Positions 29,974-39,631 of a stretch of DNA of 64,000 nt are shown here, one piece after another. The first letter of the stretch is position 1; every line of letters starts with the position of its first letter. Below the pieces are notes generated by a model. It saw nothing but the letters and a program-made list of their open reading frames with translations, was not told the DNA's origin and ran no database searches. The position numbers and the translations under genes were made by a program. This stretch comes from Candidatus Levyibacteriota bacterium (GTDB lineage: Bacteria; Patescibacteriota; Microgenomatia; Levybacterales; UBA12049), in NCBI GenBank assembly GCA_003152105.1, contig PLZJ01000002.1, positions 848,112 through 912,111 of the forward strand, given 5' to 3'.

Positions 29974-31155
29974 ATGTCCTTACAAAAAAATATTCGATTA
30001 TTGACATGGTTTAATTTTTTTACTGATTTTAAAATGTATGGTCCAATTGCAATAATATATTTCTCGCATATCTCTCATTCCTATGCTTTAGGGGGATTAG
30101 TATTTTCTATAGCATATATCGTCTCAGCGCTATTTGATGTACCTACGGGGATATTTGCTGACAGAATAGGAAGAAAAAAAACTATTATTCTTGGGGCGGT
30201 TTTTGCAGCTTTATTTGTAATTTTTTACGCAATAGGTCTAAATTTCTGGTTACTTGCTGTAGGAGCCTTTTTTGAAGGATTATCGCGTGCCTTTTATAGT
30301 GGAAATAATAATGCATTGCTTCATAATATGTTGTCCGATGAAGGCATGGAGCATGATTATCATGTATATCTTGGTAGATTGACTTCATGGTTTCAAATAG
30401 CTCTTGCTGTTTCAGGCTTACTTGGAGCATTTATAGCAAACTTTTCATTCCCACTTGTTATGTGGTTATCGGTAATACCTCAAGTTGTATGTTTGTATAT
30501 TAGTTTTCAAATTACGGATCGAAGTAATAACAAAATATCGGAAACTTCGGTAATACAAGATTTAAAAAGAGGATTTGCAGCTTTTAAAAATAATGCAAAC
30601 TTAAGACTACTTACTATTTCAAGTATATTAGATTATGGATTCGGAGAAACATCCTATCAGTTCCAGGCAGCATTTTATAACACAATTCTGCCAATTTGGG
30701 CAGTTGGGATTGCAAAAACATTATCCAACATAGGTGCTGCAATAGGTTTTAGATTTAGCGGATGGGTAATTAACAAACTTGGAGCAATAAACACTCTCTT
30801 TTATGGTGAAATATACGGTAAATGTGTTGCATTTTTCTCTCTTATAGTTATTACCAAGCTGTCTCCATTTCTTATGTCTACAAGTTCCATCTTTTTTGGC
30901 ACGGGTTCAATTGCTGAAGCATCTCTTATGCAAAAAGAGTTTAGTGATCAGCAACGAGCAACTATGTCATCCCTAAATTCTTTTGCTGGTAGTTTATTTT
31001 TCGGGATCCTCGTATATTTAATTGGTTTTCTTGCAGATAAGTTTGACCCTAGAAATGCTCTTTTGCTTCTACAAATTGGGTCATTATCAGTCCTTTATAT
31101 ATTATGGAGATTATTTAAGCAAAATAGGAATATTTCAAAAATACACTTAGAATAG
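29974..31155 (+). CDS. MFS transporter
   Basis: 12 predicted TM helices. MFS motif A-like IFADRIGRKKTIILG. Confidence 0.7.
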   Translation: MSLQKNIRLLTWFNFFTDFKMYGPIAIIYFSHISHSYALGGLVFSIAYIVSALFDVPTGIFADRIGRKKTIILGAVFAALFVIFYAIGLNFWLLAVGAFFEGLSRAFYSGNNNALLHNMLSDEGMEHDYHVYLGRLTSWFQIALAVSGLLGAFIANFSFPLVMWLSVIPQVVCLYISFQITDRSNNKISETSVIQDLKRGFAAFKNNANLRLLTISSILDYGFGETSYQFQAAFYNTILPIWAVGIAKTLSNIGAAIGFRFSGWVINKLGAINTLFYGEIYGKCVAFFSLIVITKLSPFLMSTSSIFFGTGSIAEASLMQKEFSDQQRATMSSLNSFAGSLFFGILVYLIGFLADKFDPRNALLLLQIGSLSVLYILWRLFKQNRNISKIHLE

Positions 31156-31258
31156 TAATTATAAAATGCTGGAGCGGCGGACTCAAATTATTTGGAACCG
31201 CTGCTTAGCCATTTTAACAAGTTAATGGAGGCTTATCAAGCATTATCCAAGGAGGATA

Positions 31259-31717
31259 ATGATGAATAATTCCTTCAAATCCCAGTTATTTGATGAAAAA
31301 ACGTTCTATCCTACTTTTCTCCAAGATTTATATCATAGCAAAGAAGAGGTAATAATTGAAAGTCCTTTTATTACAACAAGTAGAGTTAATCAGTTTTATA
31401 CAGTTCTTAACACACTTTTACAAAACAGCGTAAAGATTTACATTATTACTAAAGCTCCTGAGCAATATGACAACCTCATAATGAAACACCAAGCTCAAAT
31501 TGCTGTACATAATTTTGAATGTATGGGCGTACAAGCTTTACTGGCTACAAATAATCATCATCGCAAGCTTGCAATTCTAGATAGAAAAATACTTTGGGAA
31601 GGTAGTTTAAATATACTTTCTCAAAATAATAGTAGAGAAATAATGAGAAGAATAGATTCAAATGAGGTTACTAAAGAAATGATTAAATTTACTAAGCTTA
31701 TTAAAATTATTTCATGA
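31259..31717 (+). CDS. Phospholipase D-like (HKD) domain protein, Nuc-like small nuclease
   Basis: HxKx4Dx6GSxN motif HHRKLAILDRKILWEGSLN. Confidence 0.6.
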   Translation: MMNNSFKSQLFDEKTFYPTFLQDLYHSKEEVIIESPFITTSRVNQFYTVLNTLLQNSVKIYIITKAPEQYDNLIMKHQAQIAVHNFECMGVQALLATNNHHRKLAILDRKILWEGSLNILSQNNSREIMRRIDSNEVTKEMIKFTKLIKIIS

Positions 31718-31841
31718 AGTTAGTCTTAAAAGCGAAAATGTGCAACACACGGATTTATCGGATTATAATCACTGAGTTGGATAAAATAGGAAGATTAGCA
31801 TGAATTAACAGCGCAAAGTAATTAAGTGATATAATGATTTT

Positions 31842-32387
31842 ATGATTGTGCGTTTATTAACATTTCCTCTTTTACTTTTAGCTCTTAGCATATTTTTTTC
31901 TACTCCTACAAATGCACAAATGATGGGTAGTTACAATAATCCATCGATTACAGTTAGTCCCAAAGATATTCAGCAACAGCAACTAGATGAAGCACAAGGT
32001 AAACAGCTCCTAACTCAATTGCAAAGCAATCAATTAACTTGTCAAAAACTAAGTAGTACAGACTTTGAAAAAATAGGTGAATATGCTATGAGCCAAAAAT
32101 TCAATAATACTAACACCCATATTCAAATGAACAACAATATCAAGGGTATGATGGGAAATAATGGAGAAGAGAATATGCATATCAAAATTGGACAACAAGC
32201 GAGTAATTGTTATCCAAATATGAAAGGAGGTGGATATCATATGATGGGTTGGGGTAATGGAGGAAACATGATGTATGGAAATGGATTTGGAGCATTTGGA
32301 ATTATATTTTCACTGTTTTGGTTAGTTGGTTTTATTGACCTAGTTTTACTAGGACTTTGGCTTTATAAACAGTTAAAGAAAAAATAA
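31842..32387 (+). CDS. Secreted Met/Gly/Asn/His-rich protein with C-terminal TM anchor
   Basis: Signal peptide. Met-rich low-complexity region (MMGNNGEENMH, GGGYHMMGWGNGGNMMYGNG). C-terminal hydrophobic helix. Confidence 0.45.
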   Translation: MIVRLLTFPLLLLALSIFFSTPTNAQMMGSYNNPSITVSPKDIQQQQLDEAQGKQLLTQLQSNQLTCQKLSSTDFEKIGEYAMSQKFNNTNTHIQMNNNIKGMMGNNGEENMHIKIGQQASNCYPNMKGGGYHMMGWGNGGNMMYGNGFGAFGIIFSLFWLVGFIDLVLLGLWLYKQLKKK

Positions 32388-32388
32388 A

Positions 32389-32910
32389 ATGAAGAATAAA
32401 AAGCTGTTTATCATAGTCATTGCAGTTATTCTTGTAATTGTAGGTATTGCTTCATATTTTATCTACCACAGACTACAGCCTCAAGCTAAAATACATTATC
32501 ATGCTGGGTTTGCGGTATTTAACAACAATCAAAAGATAGATTTTTCCAATATAAAATACATGTATGAAAAACCATGTACTTTAACTGGTAAAGCAACTGA
32601 AACAGATTCTAATAACCAATTAGAAAAAGCACACCTACATGATCAGGTTGGAGACGTAGTTCACATTGAACAAGCTGGGGCACTATGGAAAGACTTATTC
32701 ACGAACATTAAATATCCACTTGATTACGCTAAAACTCAAGGATATATTAACCATATAAAGATAACCAATTATCAAAACCAAGCTATTCATAATAATGATG
32801 TATTAGTTGTTTTTCAGGGAAGTAATAATATATCAAAAGATTTACCTCAAGAACCCACAGTCGCGTATATTGATAGAATGGCAAAAAAAAGTACATCTTG
32901 TAGTGATTAA
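32389..32910 (+). CDS. Membrane-anchored hypothetical protein
   Basis: N-terminal TM helix. 2-nt gap to the upstream gene. Confidence 0.4.
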   Translation: MKNKKLFIIVIAVILVIVGIASYFIYHRLQPQAKIHYHAGFAVFNNNQKIDFSNIKYMYEKPCTLTGKATETDSNNQLEKAHLHDQVGDVVHIEQAGALWKDLFTNIKYPLDYAKTQGYINHIKITNYQNQAIHNNDVLVVFQGSNNISKDLPQEPTVAYIDRMAKKSTSCSD

Positions 32911-32918
32911 TTTATCAT

Positions 32919-34070
32919 ATGAATGTTATATTCCAAATACTTTATGTATCCTTCTCAATGTTTTGGGAAGTTCTCTGGCCACTCATTCTAGGGTTTGCCC
33001 TCTCAGGAGTAGTGCAAGCCGTTGTATCTCATAAAGCCATAGCAAAGAAACTTGGAGGCAATTCGACTCGTAATCTTTCTTATGCTACTCTTTTTGGAAT
33101 TGCATCAAGTTCCTGTTCCTATGCCGCAATAGCACTTGCTCGTTCCCTTTTCCAAAAAGGTGCCTCTTTTACTTCAGCAATGGTATTTGAACTTGCCTCA
33201 ACTAATCTTGTTATCGAACTTGGCATTATTCTTGTAGTTCTTTTAGGATGGCAGTTTATGGCAGCAGAATTTGTGGGTGGAATCATAATGGTAATTCTTA
33301 TTGCATTAATCTTTCGCTTAACACTTACTCCAAAACTTATTAAGCTTGCACAAAACCATGCTGCAAAAGGAATTGCGGGAAAAATGGAAGGGCATGCAGC
33401 TATGGATATGAGTGTATCAGGAAACGGTACATTTCTACAAAAGTTACTAAGTAATAAAGGATTTACAGCGATAAGTGAATACTTTGTTATGGACTGGGTA
33501 TCAGTTTGGATTGATATAGCTCTTGGCTTTCTTGTTGCAGGAGCTCTTGCAGTGCTAGTTCCCCACGCATTTTGGCAGGCATTTTTCTTAACTGGACATC
33601 CAACACTTGCAAAAATTGAAGGCCCGCTTGTTGGGCCACTTGTTGCGATAATTTCCTTTGTCTGTTCAGTTGGTAATGTACCACTGGCTGCAGTACTTTG
33701 GCAAGGAGGCATTAGTTTTGGTGGGGTAGTGAGTTTTATCTTTGCAGACCTTATTGTACTTCCTGTTCTTGATATTTACCGCAAATATTACGGATGGAAA
33801 GTAATGAGCTACATACTTATTACTTTTTATATCACTATGGCGGCAGCAGGATATATCGTTGAGTTTCTTTTTGAATCACTCCACATTATTCCAACAAATC
33901 GTCATGTTGCTATTCTTACCGAAGGTATACACTGGAATTATACTAGCTATTTAAATATTGTTTTTCTTGTTTTCGCTGCAATTCTTTTTGTTCGATTTGT
34001 TAAAACTGGAGGAATTAAAATGCTATCAATGATGGATAAAACTGAATTGAAAATGGAACACAAGCACTAA
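32919..34070 (+). CDS. Predicted permease (DUF318/ArsP-like family)
   Basis: Polytopic. Conserved Cys-containing helix IASSSCSYAAIALA. Confidence 0.5.
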   Translation: MNVIFQILYVSFSMFWEVLWPLILGFALSGVVQAVVSHKAIAKKLGGNSTRNLSYATLFGIASSSCSYAAIALARSLFQKGASFTSAMVFELASTNLVIELGIILVVLLGWQFMAAEFVGGIIMVILIALIFRLTLTPKLIKLAQNHAAKGIAGKMEGHAAMDMSVSGNGTFLQKLLSNKGFTAISEYFVMDWVSVWIDIALGFLVAGALAVLVPHAFWQAFFLTGHPTLAKIEGPLVGPLVAIISFVCSVGNVPLAAVLWQGGISFGGVVSFIFADLIVLPVLDIYRKYYGWKVMSYILITFYITMAAAGYIVEFLFESLHIIPTNRHVAILTEGIHWNYTSYLNIVFLVFAAILFVRFVKTGGIKMLSMMDKTELKMEHKH

Positions 34071-34168
34071 TGTTGTTAAATAACTATACTATGAGCTTGA
34101 TACCGGTATGACTGTGAGCCTAGTAAAAACCCTGATTGTTTTATATTTAAAATAACTAAATCAATTTT

Positions 34169-34384
34169 TCAATAGTTAGTTATTTTTGAAACTTCTACTC
34201 CGAGAGCATTTGCAATTTTCTGTAGCTTCTCACTTGAAGTTGTTACTTCACCTCGCTCAATTACAGCAAAGTAATTAGTATTCATACCAGCTTTTTTAGC
34301 GATCTCATCTTGAGTTTTCCCAGACTCTTCTCTTATTAACTTGATTCTATTTCCTACCCCAATACTGAACTTTGTACTAGTCAT
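34169..34384 (-). CDS. XRE-family helix-turn-helix transcriptional regulator
   Basis: 71 aa with an HTH_3-like pattern (IKLIREESGKTQDEIAKKAGMNTNYFAVIERGE). Confidence 0.75.
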   Translation of the reverse strand: MTSTKFSIGVGNRIKLIREESGKTQDEIAKKAGMNTNYFAVIERGEVTTSSEKLQKIANALGVEVSKITNY

Positions 34385-34420
34385 ATCTCGATATTATACC
34401 AAAAAAGTATTTTTTACAAT

Positions 34421-35041
34421 TTAAGGATCTCCCTCAATAAAAGTTCTCGGATTTACGGGTATATTAAATACGTCAATTTCAAAATGTAAATGTGGTCCTG
34501 TTGCCCAACCTGTTTCCCCCTCTTTTCCTATAATTGTCTGCCCTGCAACCACTTTATCTCCTTTTTGAACGTTTCTTTCACTTAAATGCCCATAAAGTGA
34601 GACTATATTATTCCCATTATCAATAACAATATGATTTCCATACCCCCAGTTAATCTCATCTGAATAAATAACAGTCCCACTTATAGCAGCAACAATTGGA
34701 GTGCCTTCAACATTTGCGATATCTATGCCTGTATGAAGAGGTTGGTATGGTAGGTCATTTGCACCAAATTCAAGCGTTACAACTCCATGTAATGGCCAGG
34801 TAGAGGTAATAGGAACAGTTGCTATAACTTTGCCAGTTATGGGATCATGGATATCAACATTATGTGTGTGAGTATCTTGACTTACTAATTGATCAGAAAC
34901 AATCTGTATACCTGCATTAGTTAAAATAAAAATAGAAAAAATAGGAATGGTAAAAAGAAGGATAAAAGTTAAACTGACAATTTGGAATTCACGCTTAAGA
35001 GAGTGAATTGCCATTATGCTTTTTAAAAGATTAGGATTCAC
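34421..35041 (-). CDS. M23-family peptidase (LytM-like), membrane anchored; probable T4SS cell-wall hydrolase
   Basis: HTGIDIA (HxxxD) and HLHFEI (HxH) motifs. N-terminal TM. Overlaps the VirB4-like gene. Confidence 0.8.
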   Translation of the reverse strand: MNPNLLKSIMAIHSLKREFQIVSLTFILLFTIPIFSIFILTNAGIQIVSDQLVSQDTHTHNVDIHDPITGKVIATVPITSTWPLHGVVTLEFGANDLPYQPLHTGIDIANVEGTPIVAAISGTVIYSDEINWGYGNHIVIDNGNNIVSLYGHLSERNVQKGDKVVAGQTIIGKEGETGWATGPHLHFEIDVFNIPVNPRTFIEGDP

Positions 35042-36851
35042 GTATTACTTGCCTCTCAGAAGGATCTGTAGTAATGAGAGGATGCTCTTTTTCAGCTGCA
35101 ACTACTTTTATTGCAACGTGATTTTGATCAGCAATAATTAGCGCTTCACCCTTGTCGCAAGTTAATAAGAACTTTTGTTCATACTCAGATAAATTAAATT
35201 CTTTGGCTACATTTGTAATAGTGGTGGTGTCTTGACGCATTAGTATTCGAAGAGAACTTTGCGAAGCAATTGCTTTACCGTATTCATTATTTAAAAAGTC
35301 ATTTGCCTGCTGTGAAATAATAGAAACCCCTAAATAGTACTTTCTTGCTCGTCTTACAAGTCCTGCAACAAATCTAGCGCTTTCCTGGTGCTCAAGTAGC
35401 ATCCATCCCTCATCAATTACAAGTAAACGCTTGGCAATGTTACTTTTTACCTGGTTATAGACAAAGTTGGAAAGTACAACCATCATTATTTGCCTCAATG
35501 ACTCTGGTAAATCTTTAATATCAAAAATGATTAATCTGTTATTTAATTTAATATTTGTTTTACTATCAAATACACTCGAGAGTGACCCTTTGACATATTT
35601 TTCAAGTCTTGAGCAAAGATCTTTTTCCTTGAGCTCTTTAAGCGTTTTGTAAAGGTCTTTAAGAAGTGGATACTCTTTACCCTTTTTAGCTCCATTTAAT
35701 GAAAAACCCAACTTTTTGTACGTTTGTATAATCGCTCGGTCAAGTACTGCCTTTTCATTAGGGGATAATCCCTCTGCCATAAGAGAAATGATTTCAGTTA
35801 AATCTTGAATATGCATTGACAAAGTTTCATCTTGCGTTAAAGAAAGATCAAAGGGATTGATCTTTTCATTAGATTTTGCAGAAAGTTTTATATATGTTCC
35901 GTTTACTGATTTTGTTAATTGTGCATATTCGCGCTCCGGATCAATAACAATTACTTTAGTTCCTTGCATGAGCTGTCTTAAAATCTCAACTTTGGCTGTA
36001 TATGACTTTCCAGACCCGGATTGAGCAAAAATTATCGAATTAGCGTTGTGTAAAGAAAACCGATCAAGTATGACAAGCGAGTTATTTGATCTGTTTATTC
36101 CATAGAGTATTCCTTTGTCTTGTACAAGTTCTGAGGAAACAAATGGAAAAGTTAAAGCTGCAGTAGAACTATCTAAATTTCTTTTTTGGTTTAGCGCGTT
36201 ATCAGCCCTTGGAAGTACTGAAGTTAAACCGAGTAACTGTTGAAATGTTGCAGTTTTGGTGTAAAAAAGGCGTGTTGCCATAACAGTATTAAGTAGTTTT
36301 GTCTTTTTGTTGAGTTCATTTAATGAATCGGCAAAAAGTGCGATGTAAATCGACACCTGAAAGAGTTTTTCTTGACCTCGAAGTATTTTATTTTTAAGAT
36401 CAACAGCAGATTGAAGTGGATCTAAAATTTCTGTTCCTACAATACTTCCATTCTTTGTTCGTGCGCGCTTAATTGATTCAAACTCAGTAATCTTCCTGGT
36501 AAGTTTTGGAATTGCACTTGATGCTTCAATTTGTTCTATATGGTAAGAAATATCAGCATTATGATTAAAATTAATCAGCATGTTTAACCAACCAGAAGTT
36601 GCGTTGTAGGGGTAACCCGAAATAAATAATACTCTAATGTATTTATCATCAATGTAGAGGTAACTTTTCTCATTTAGGAGTCCTGAGTAGGAAATGTGAT
36701 CGATTATATCTTGTGTTCCAAATTCAAACTTTAAAGCCTCTATCTTGGCTTTCTTATTCTTTCTTCTTTTCTTTAACTTTTTGGTAACTTTGTTAAAGTT
36801 ATTAAAGCTTGAATAGATGTTTGTATAAATGTTAGATATTAGTTGATCCAT
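35031..36851 (-). CDS. VirB4-like conjugative transfer ATPase
   Basis: Walker A AQSGSGKSY, VIDPEREY and Walker B LLVIDEGWML. Sits in an operon with T4SS membrane components. Confidence 0.75.
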   Translation of the reverse strand: MDQLISNIYTNIYSSFNNFNKVTKKLKKRRKNKKAKIEALKFEFGTQDIIDHISYSGLLNEKSYLYIDDKYIRVLFISGYPYNATSGWLNMLINFNHNADISYHIEQIEASSAIPKLTRKITEFESIKRARTKNGSIVGTEILDPLQSAVDLKNKILRGQEKLFQVSIYIALFADSLNELNKKTKLLNTVMATRLFYTKTATFQQLLGLTSVLPRADNALNQKRNLDSSTAALTFPFVSSELVQDKGILYGINRSNNSLVILDRFSLHNANSIIFAQSGSGKSYTAKVEILRQLMQGTKVIVIDPEREYAQLTKSVNGTYIKLSAKSNEKINPFDLSLTQDETLSMHIQDLTEIISLMAEGLSPNEKAVLDRAIIQTYKKLGFSLNGAKKGKEYPLLKDLYKTLKELKEKDLCSRLEKYVKGSLSSVFDSKTNIKLNNRLIIFDIKDLPESLRQIMMVVLSNFVYNQVKSNIAKRLLVIDEGWMLLEHQESARFVAGLVRRARKYYLGVSIISQQANDFLNNEYGKAIASQSSLRILMRQDTTTITNVAKEFNLSEYEQKFLLTCDKGEALIIADQNHVAIKVVAAEKEHPLITTDPSERQVIRES

Positions 36852-37446
36852 AGTTTGTTATTTTACCTATTGCCTCAGCGGACAATGGTTGTATTTTGTT
36901 TTGTACTTCAGAATAGAAGGAATAAAACATTTGCAATATTTCTAAGTTTTCCAAAGGCCTGGCACGCATTCCCATTTTCTCAATGCCCTTAATAACAATG
37001 TCTTGCGTAACTTGTAGCTGCTCTTTTATTAAAGAAAAATCACTATTATCAGTAGGGCTGTAGGGAATAATAATATAAAACCTTCTGGACAGTATTTTGT
37101 TTCCAGAAACTAGTGACTTAATAAACTCCCTGTAATTTTGGATTTGTTTTTTAAACACCTGTTCTTTTTCGTTTTGTTCAGAAAGCTTTAACTCATCTAA
37201 ATACATATCAATATCTAGTTCTCTAATTCGAACTAGAATCTGTAGTCGTGAAGGAAGGGAGTTTAAGAAGTTTTGAAAGTTTTCAAGCAACGCATCTTGT
37301 TCCTCATCGCTTTTAAGTTCAAAATTAACAGATGATGTTTCAAGTAACACGCAGTATGTGTTTTTAGGAAGAACTAAGATATTGTCCCTAACTTCCTTAA
37401 TTTGTATTTGCGATCTTGATGATAATAAATTAGGCAATAGTGGCAC
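36832..37446 (-). CDS. Hypothetical protein; possibly the N-terminal domain of a split VirB4
   Basis: 204 aa. Overlaps the start of the VirB4-like gene by 20 nt. The combined length (~810 aa) matches full-length VirB4. Confidence 0.35.
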   Translation of the reverse strand: MPLLPNLLSSRSQIQIKEVRDNILVLPKNTYCVLLETSSVNFELKSDEEQDALLENFQNFLNSLPSRLQILVRIRELDIDMYLDELKLSEQNEKEQVFKKQIQNYREFIKSLVSGNKILSRRFYIIIPYSPTDNSDFSLIKEQLQVTQDIVIKGIEKMGMRARPLENLEILQMFYSFYSEVQNKIQPLSAEAIGKITNYGSTNI

Positions 37447-37921
37447 GAATTACTCCTTTCTTATCCGGTATAAGACGAACTTCTTTTCCTTCTATAAATA
37501 ACCGCTCAAAAGCTAATTGGTCAGTTGGAGAATATATTACTTCCTCGACTTCTTTTTCCTTCTTTGCTTTTTTGGTCTTTTTCTTAATTTCATTTTTAAG
37601 GAAACTTAAATCACGCATTGAAGTATCATTTTTGTTAAATAAGTACATTCTTGGAGACAAATAATAAATAGCAATAACAAGTAACCAGTTAAAAATGACT
37701 CTTCCTTTAAGACGAAGTGAGAGAATAAATAGTATTCCTGGAACTAGAATGATAAGTGGTATTTTGTATGGTTCAAGCTCCATGCTTTTAGGAAGAACTG
37801 TATAAATCCCTGCACCTGAAAACAAAGCTATGGTTAATAGAGATATTTGCAGCATTGATAAGTTACCGGCAATTTTATCTTCAACTGTTGTAATTTGAGC
37901 AGGTACTACTGTTGTTTTCAT
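37430..37921 (-). CDS. Small 2-TM membrane protein (VirB3/PrgI-like candidate)
   Basis: Two adjacent TM helices followed by a Lys-rich cytosolic tail. Operon position between the VirB6-like and VirB4-like genes. Confidence 0.35.
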   Translation of the reverse strand: MKTTVVPAQITTVEDKIAGNLSMLQISLLTIALFSGAGIYTVLPKSMELEPYKIPLIILVPGILFILSLRLKGRVIFNWLLVIAIYYLSPRMYLFNKNDTSMRDLSFLKNEIKKKTKKAKKEKEVEEVIYSPTDQLAFERLFIEGKEVRLIPDKKGVIRATIA

Positions 37922-39216
37922 ATAGCAACCCTCCTGGCAGGTTTTTTAACTGGCTCAGATGTTCCATAACTATCTTCCGTGTTTTCTTCTTTCTTAGCAG
38001 ATATTACATTAATAAGTTGTGAGCCTACTGCTTTGAACGCACCATTAACTGATGTGTAAAAAGCCATTTGTCCAAGCACTCCTGGAATTTTAAGAAGCGA
38101 AAAGAAAATTCCAACAGCAATAAGAATTGATATTAATGAATTGGTTCCACTTTGCGAAGAAACTGTTAAAAATGAAGACGCCAGTTGAATAGTAACTACA
38201 TGGATAAATACAGTAAAAATGGTTACCATATATGATTTAGCAGCAATCTTTGCAAAATCAGAAGTTCCAGGAAGCGCCCACATGAGAAAAATAAGAGGAG
38301 ATAAAACTGCACCCAGTGAAATGGTTATTAATCTTCCTATGTAATACAAGAGAAGAATAATTGTTAATATAATAAACAGTAGCATAAAAATAAGTGTAAT
38401 TAAGGGAGTGTTATTGGAAACAATAGTTGTTGGATCAAAAGCAGAAAGTACCCAAGCTCCTGTTATTCCACCAGTTGCATTTAAAACTGCCTTAATCATT
38501 GTGTTGCAAAGTGTAATTATCCGATCAATTAAAAATATGGATATGTTTGCTCCAAGAAACGCTAGGACGATCCTACTCATTACTTGTTTTAAATCTATAT
38601 CTTCATATCCAAAAGCTGAGGCACTCATAACATGAAATCCTAAAAGCGCAATAATTACGGCAAATAGCGAGTCGGTAATACCAAGAATAACCAACCAAAA
38701 GTTAAATACAACAGAATTTGTTGCAAGTTGAGGAGTTGTGGTTAAAAAAGTTATAACTCCATCAACAAGTGGTTTTGTTGCTGATTGGATAACATTTTGC
38801 AGTACGCCAACAAACGCGTCAATTAAGACCTGTGCAAGCCCTCCAGAGGGAGTTGCGGGCTGAATTGGAGTAAGTGATAGTCCACCTGTGTTAGAAGGTG
38901 AAATAGGTGTTTCAAACGCATGAGAAAGAATTGCAGTTATTGTTCCAGCACCGATAATAAAGACAAGACCAATTAAAGCGTTTCTAATTGTCTTTTTTGC
39001 TTTGACCAGGTTTTCTGGATTTCCAGACGAGGTTATATATGAATAACCACCCTTAACAAGAAACAGTCCTGATACAAAAGTACCAAGAAGCGTTAATGTA
39101 CCAAGTAAATCTGTTGTATATGGTTGTACGTCTGCGTTAGTTATGGCCATTGCATGAGATGGTACAAGAAGTAATCCTGCCCACAACACGGATAAGATAA
39201 GTAAAAACTTTTTCAT
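37918..39216 (-). CDS. VirB6-like polytopic T4SS membrane protein with an N-terminal pilin-like domain
   Basis: Signal peptide plus many TM helices. N-terminal ~100 aa (KGGYSYITSSGNPENLVKAKKTIRNALIGLVFIIGA) is paralogous to the upstream 110-aa pilin-like protein. Confidence 0.5.
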   Translation of the reverse strand: MKKFLLILSVLWAGLLLVPSHAMAITNADVQPYTTDLLGTLTLLGTFVSGLFLVKGGYSYITSSGNPENLVKAKKTIRNALIGLVFIIGAGTITAILSHAFETPISPSNTGGLSLTPIQPATPSGGLAQVLIDAFVGVLQNVIQSATKPLVDGVITFLTTTPQLATNSVVFNFWLVILGITDSLFAVIIALLGFHVMSASAFGYEDIDLKQVMSRIVLAFLGANISIFLIDRIITLCNTMIKAVLNATGGITGAWVLSAFDPTTIVSNNTPLITLIFMLLFIILTIILLLYYIGRLITISLGAVLSPLIFLMWALPGTSDFAKIAAKSYMVTIFTVFIHVVTIQLASSFLTVSSQSGTNSLISILIAVGIFFSLLKIPGVLGQMAFYTSVNGAFKAVGSQLINVISAKKEENTEDSYGTSEPVKKPARRVAI

Positions 39217-39228
39217 AATGTTTGTTTA

Positions 39229-39561
39229 TTACTGTCCACTGCTACCAAATGCAGTTGTTGCAACACCTTGAACAATATTTGTTAAAACCAGTGCGCCAAT
39301 CGCAATTGCCAGACCAATAACTGAGAAAAAGATAGTTTGCTTAGATCTATCCAATCGTTCTGGATTACCAGTACTAGTTATATATCCGATACCACCAATG
39401 ACAATAAAAGTAACTGCAACAACTGTTGCGATAGTTACTAAAATACTTGTAATTGATTTGATAAAGGATTCTACTTTTGTAACATCACCTGAGTCGGCAA
39501 ATACAGGATGTACAAGTGCAAAGAAAAGAATAATAGAATTTAAGATAAGGGCTTTTTTCAT
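39229..39561 (-). CDS. Pilin-like protein (VirB2/TrbC-like)
   Basis: Signal peptide and two hydrophobic helices with the motif GGIGYITSTGNPERLDRSKQTIFFSVIGLAIAIGA. First gene of the T4SS operon. Confidence 0.5.
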   Translation of the reverse strand: MKKALILNSIILFFALVHPVFADSGDVTKVESFIKSITSILVTIATVVAVTFIVIGGIGYITSTGNPERLDRSKQTIFFSVIGLAIAIGALVLTNIVQGVATTAFGSSGQ

Positions 39562-39611
39562 GCGTCACCTCCTGTTCTTTGTAGGTTTAATTTAGAAAAT
39601 TGGTATAAAAA

Positions 39612-39631
39612 AAGCGGCAACCGTGCCGCTT
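39612..39631. other. Perfect 8-bp/4-nt-loop hairpin (AAGCGGCA-ACCG-TGCCGCTT) in a divergent promoter region
   Basis: A-run on one side and T-rich on the other. Lies between divergent operons, so a simple terminator role is not obvious. Confidence 0.4.

Noticed and set aside
33119-33712. 197-aa minus-strand ORF
   Set aside because: It lies entirely antisense within the DUF318-like permease gene, has a Pro/Ala/Ser-rich unlikely composition, and has no start context.
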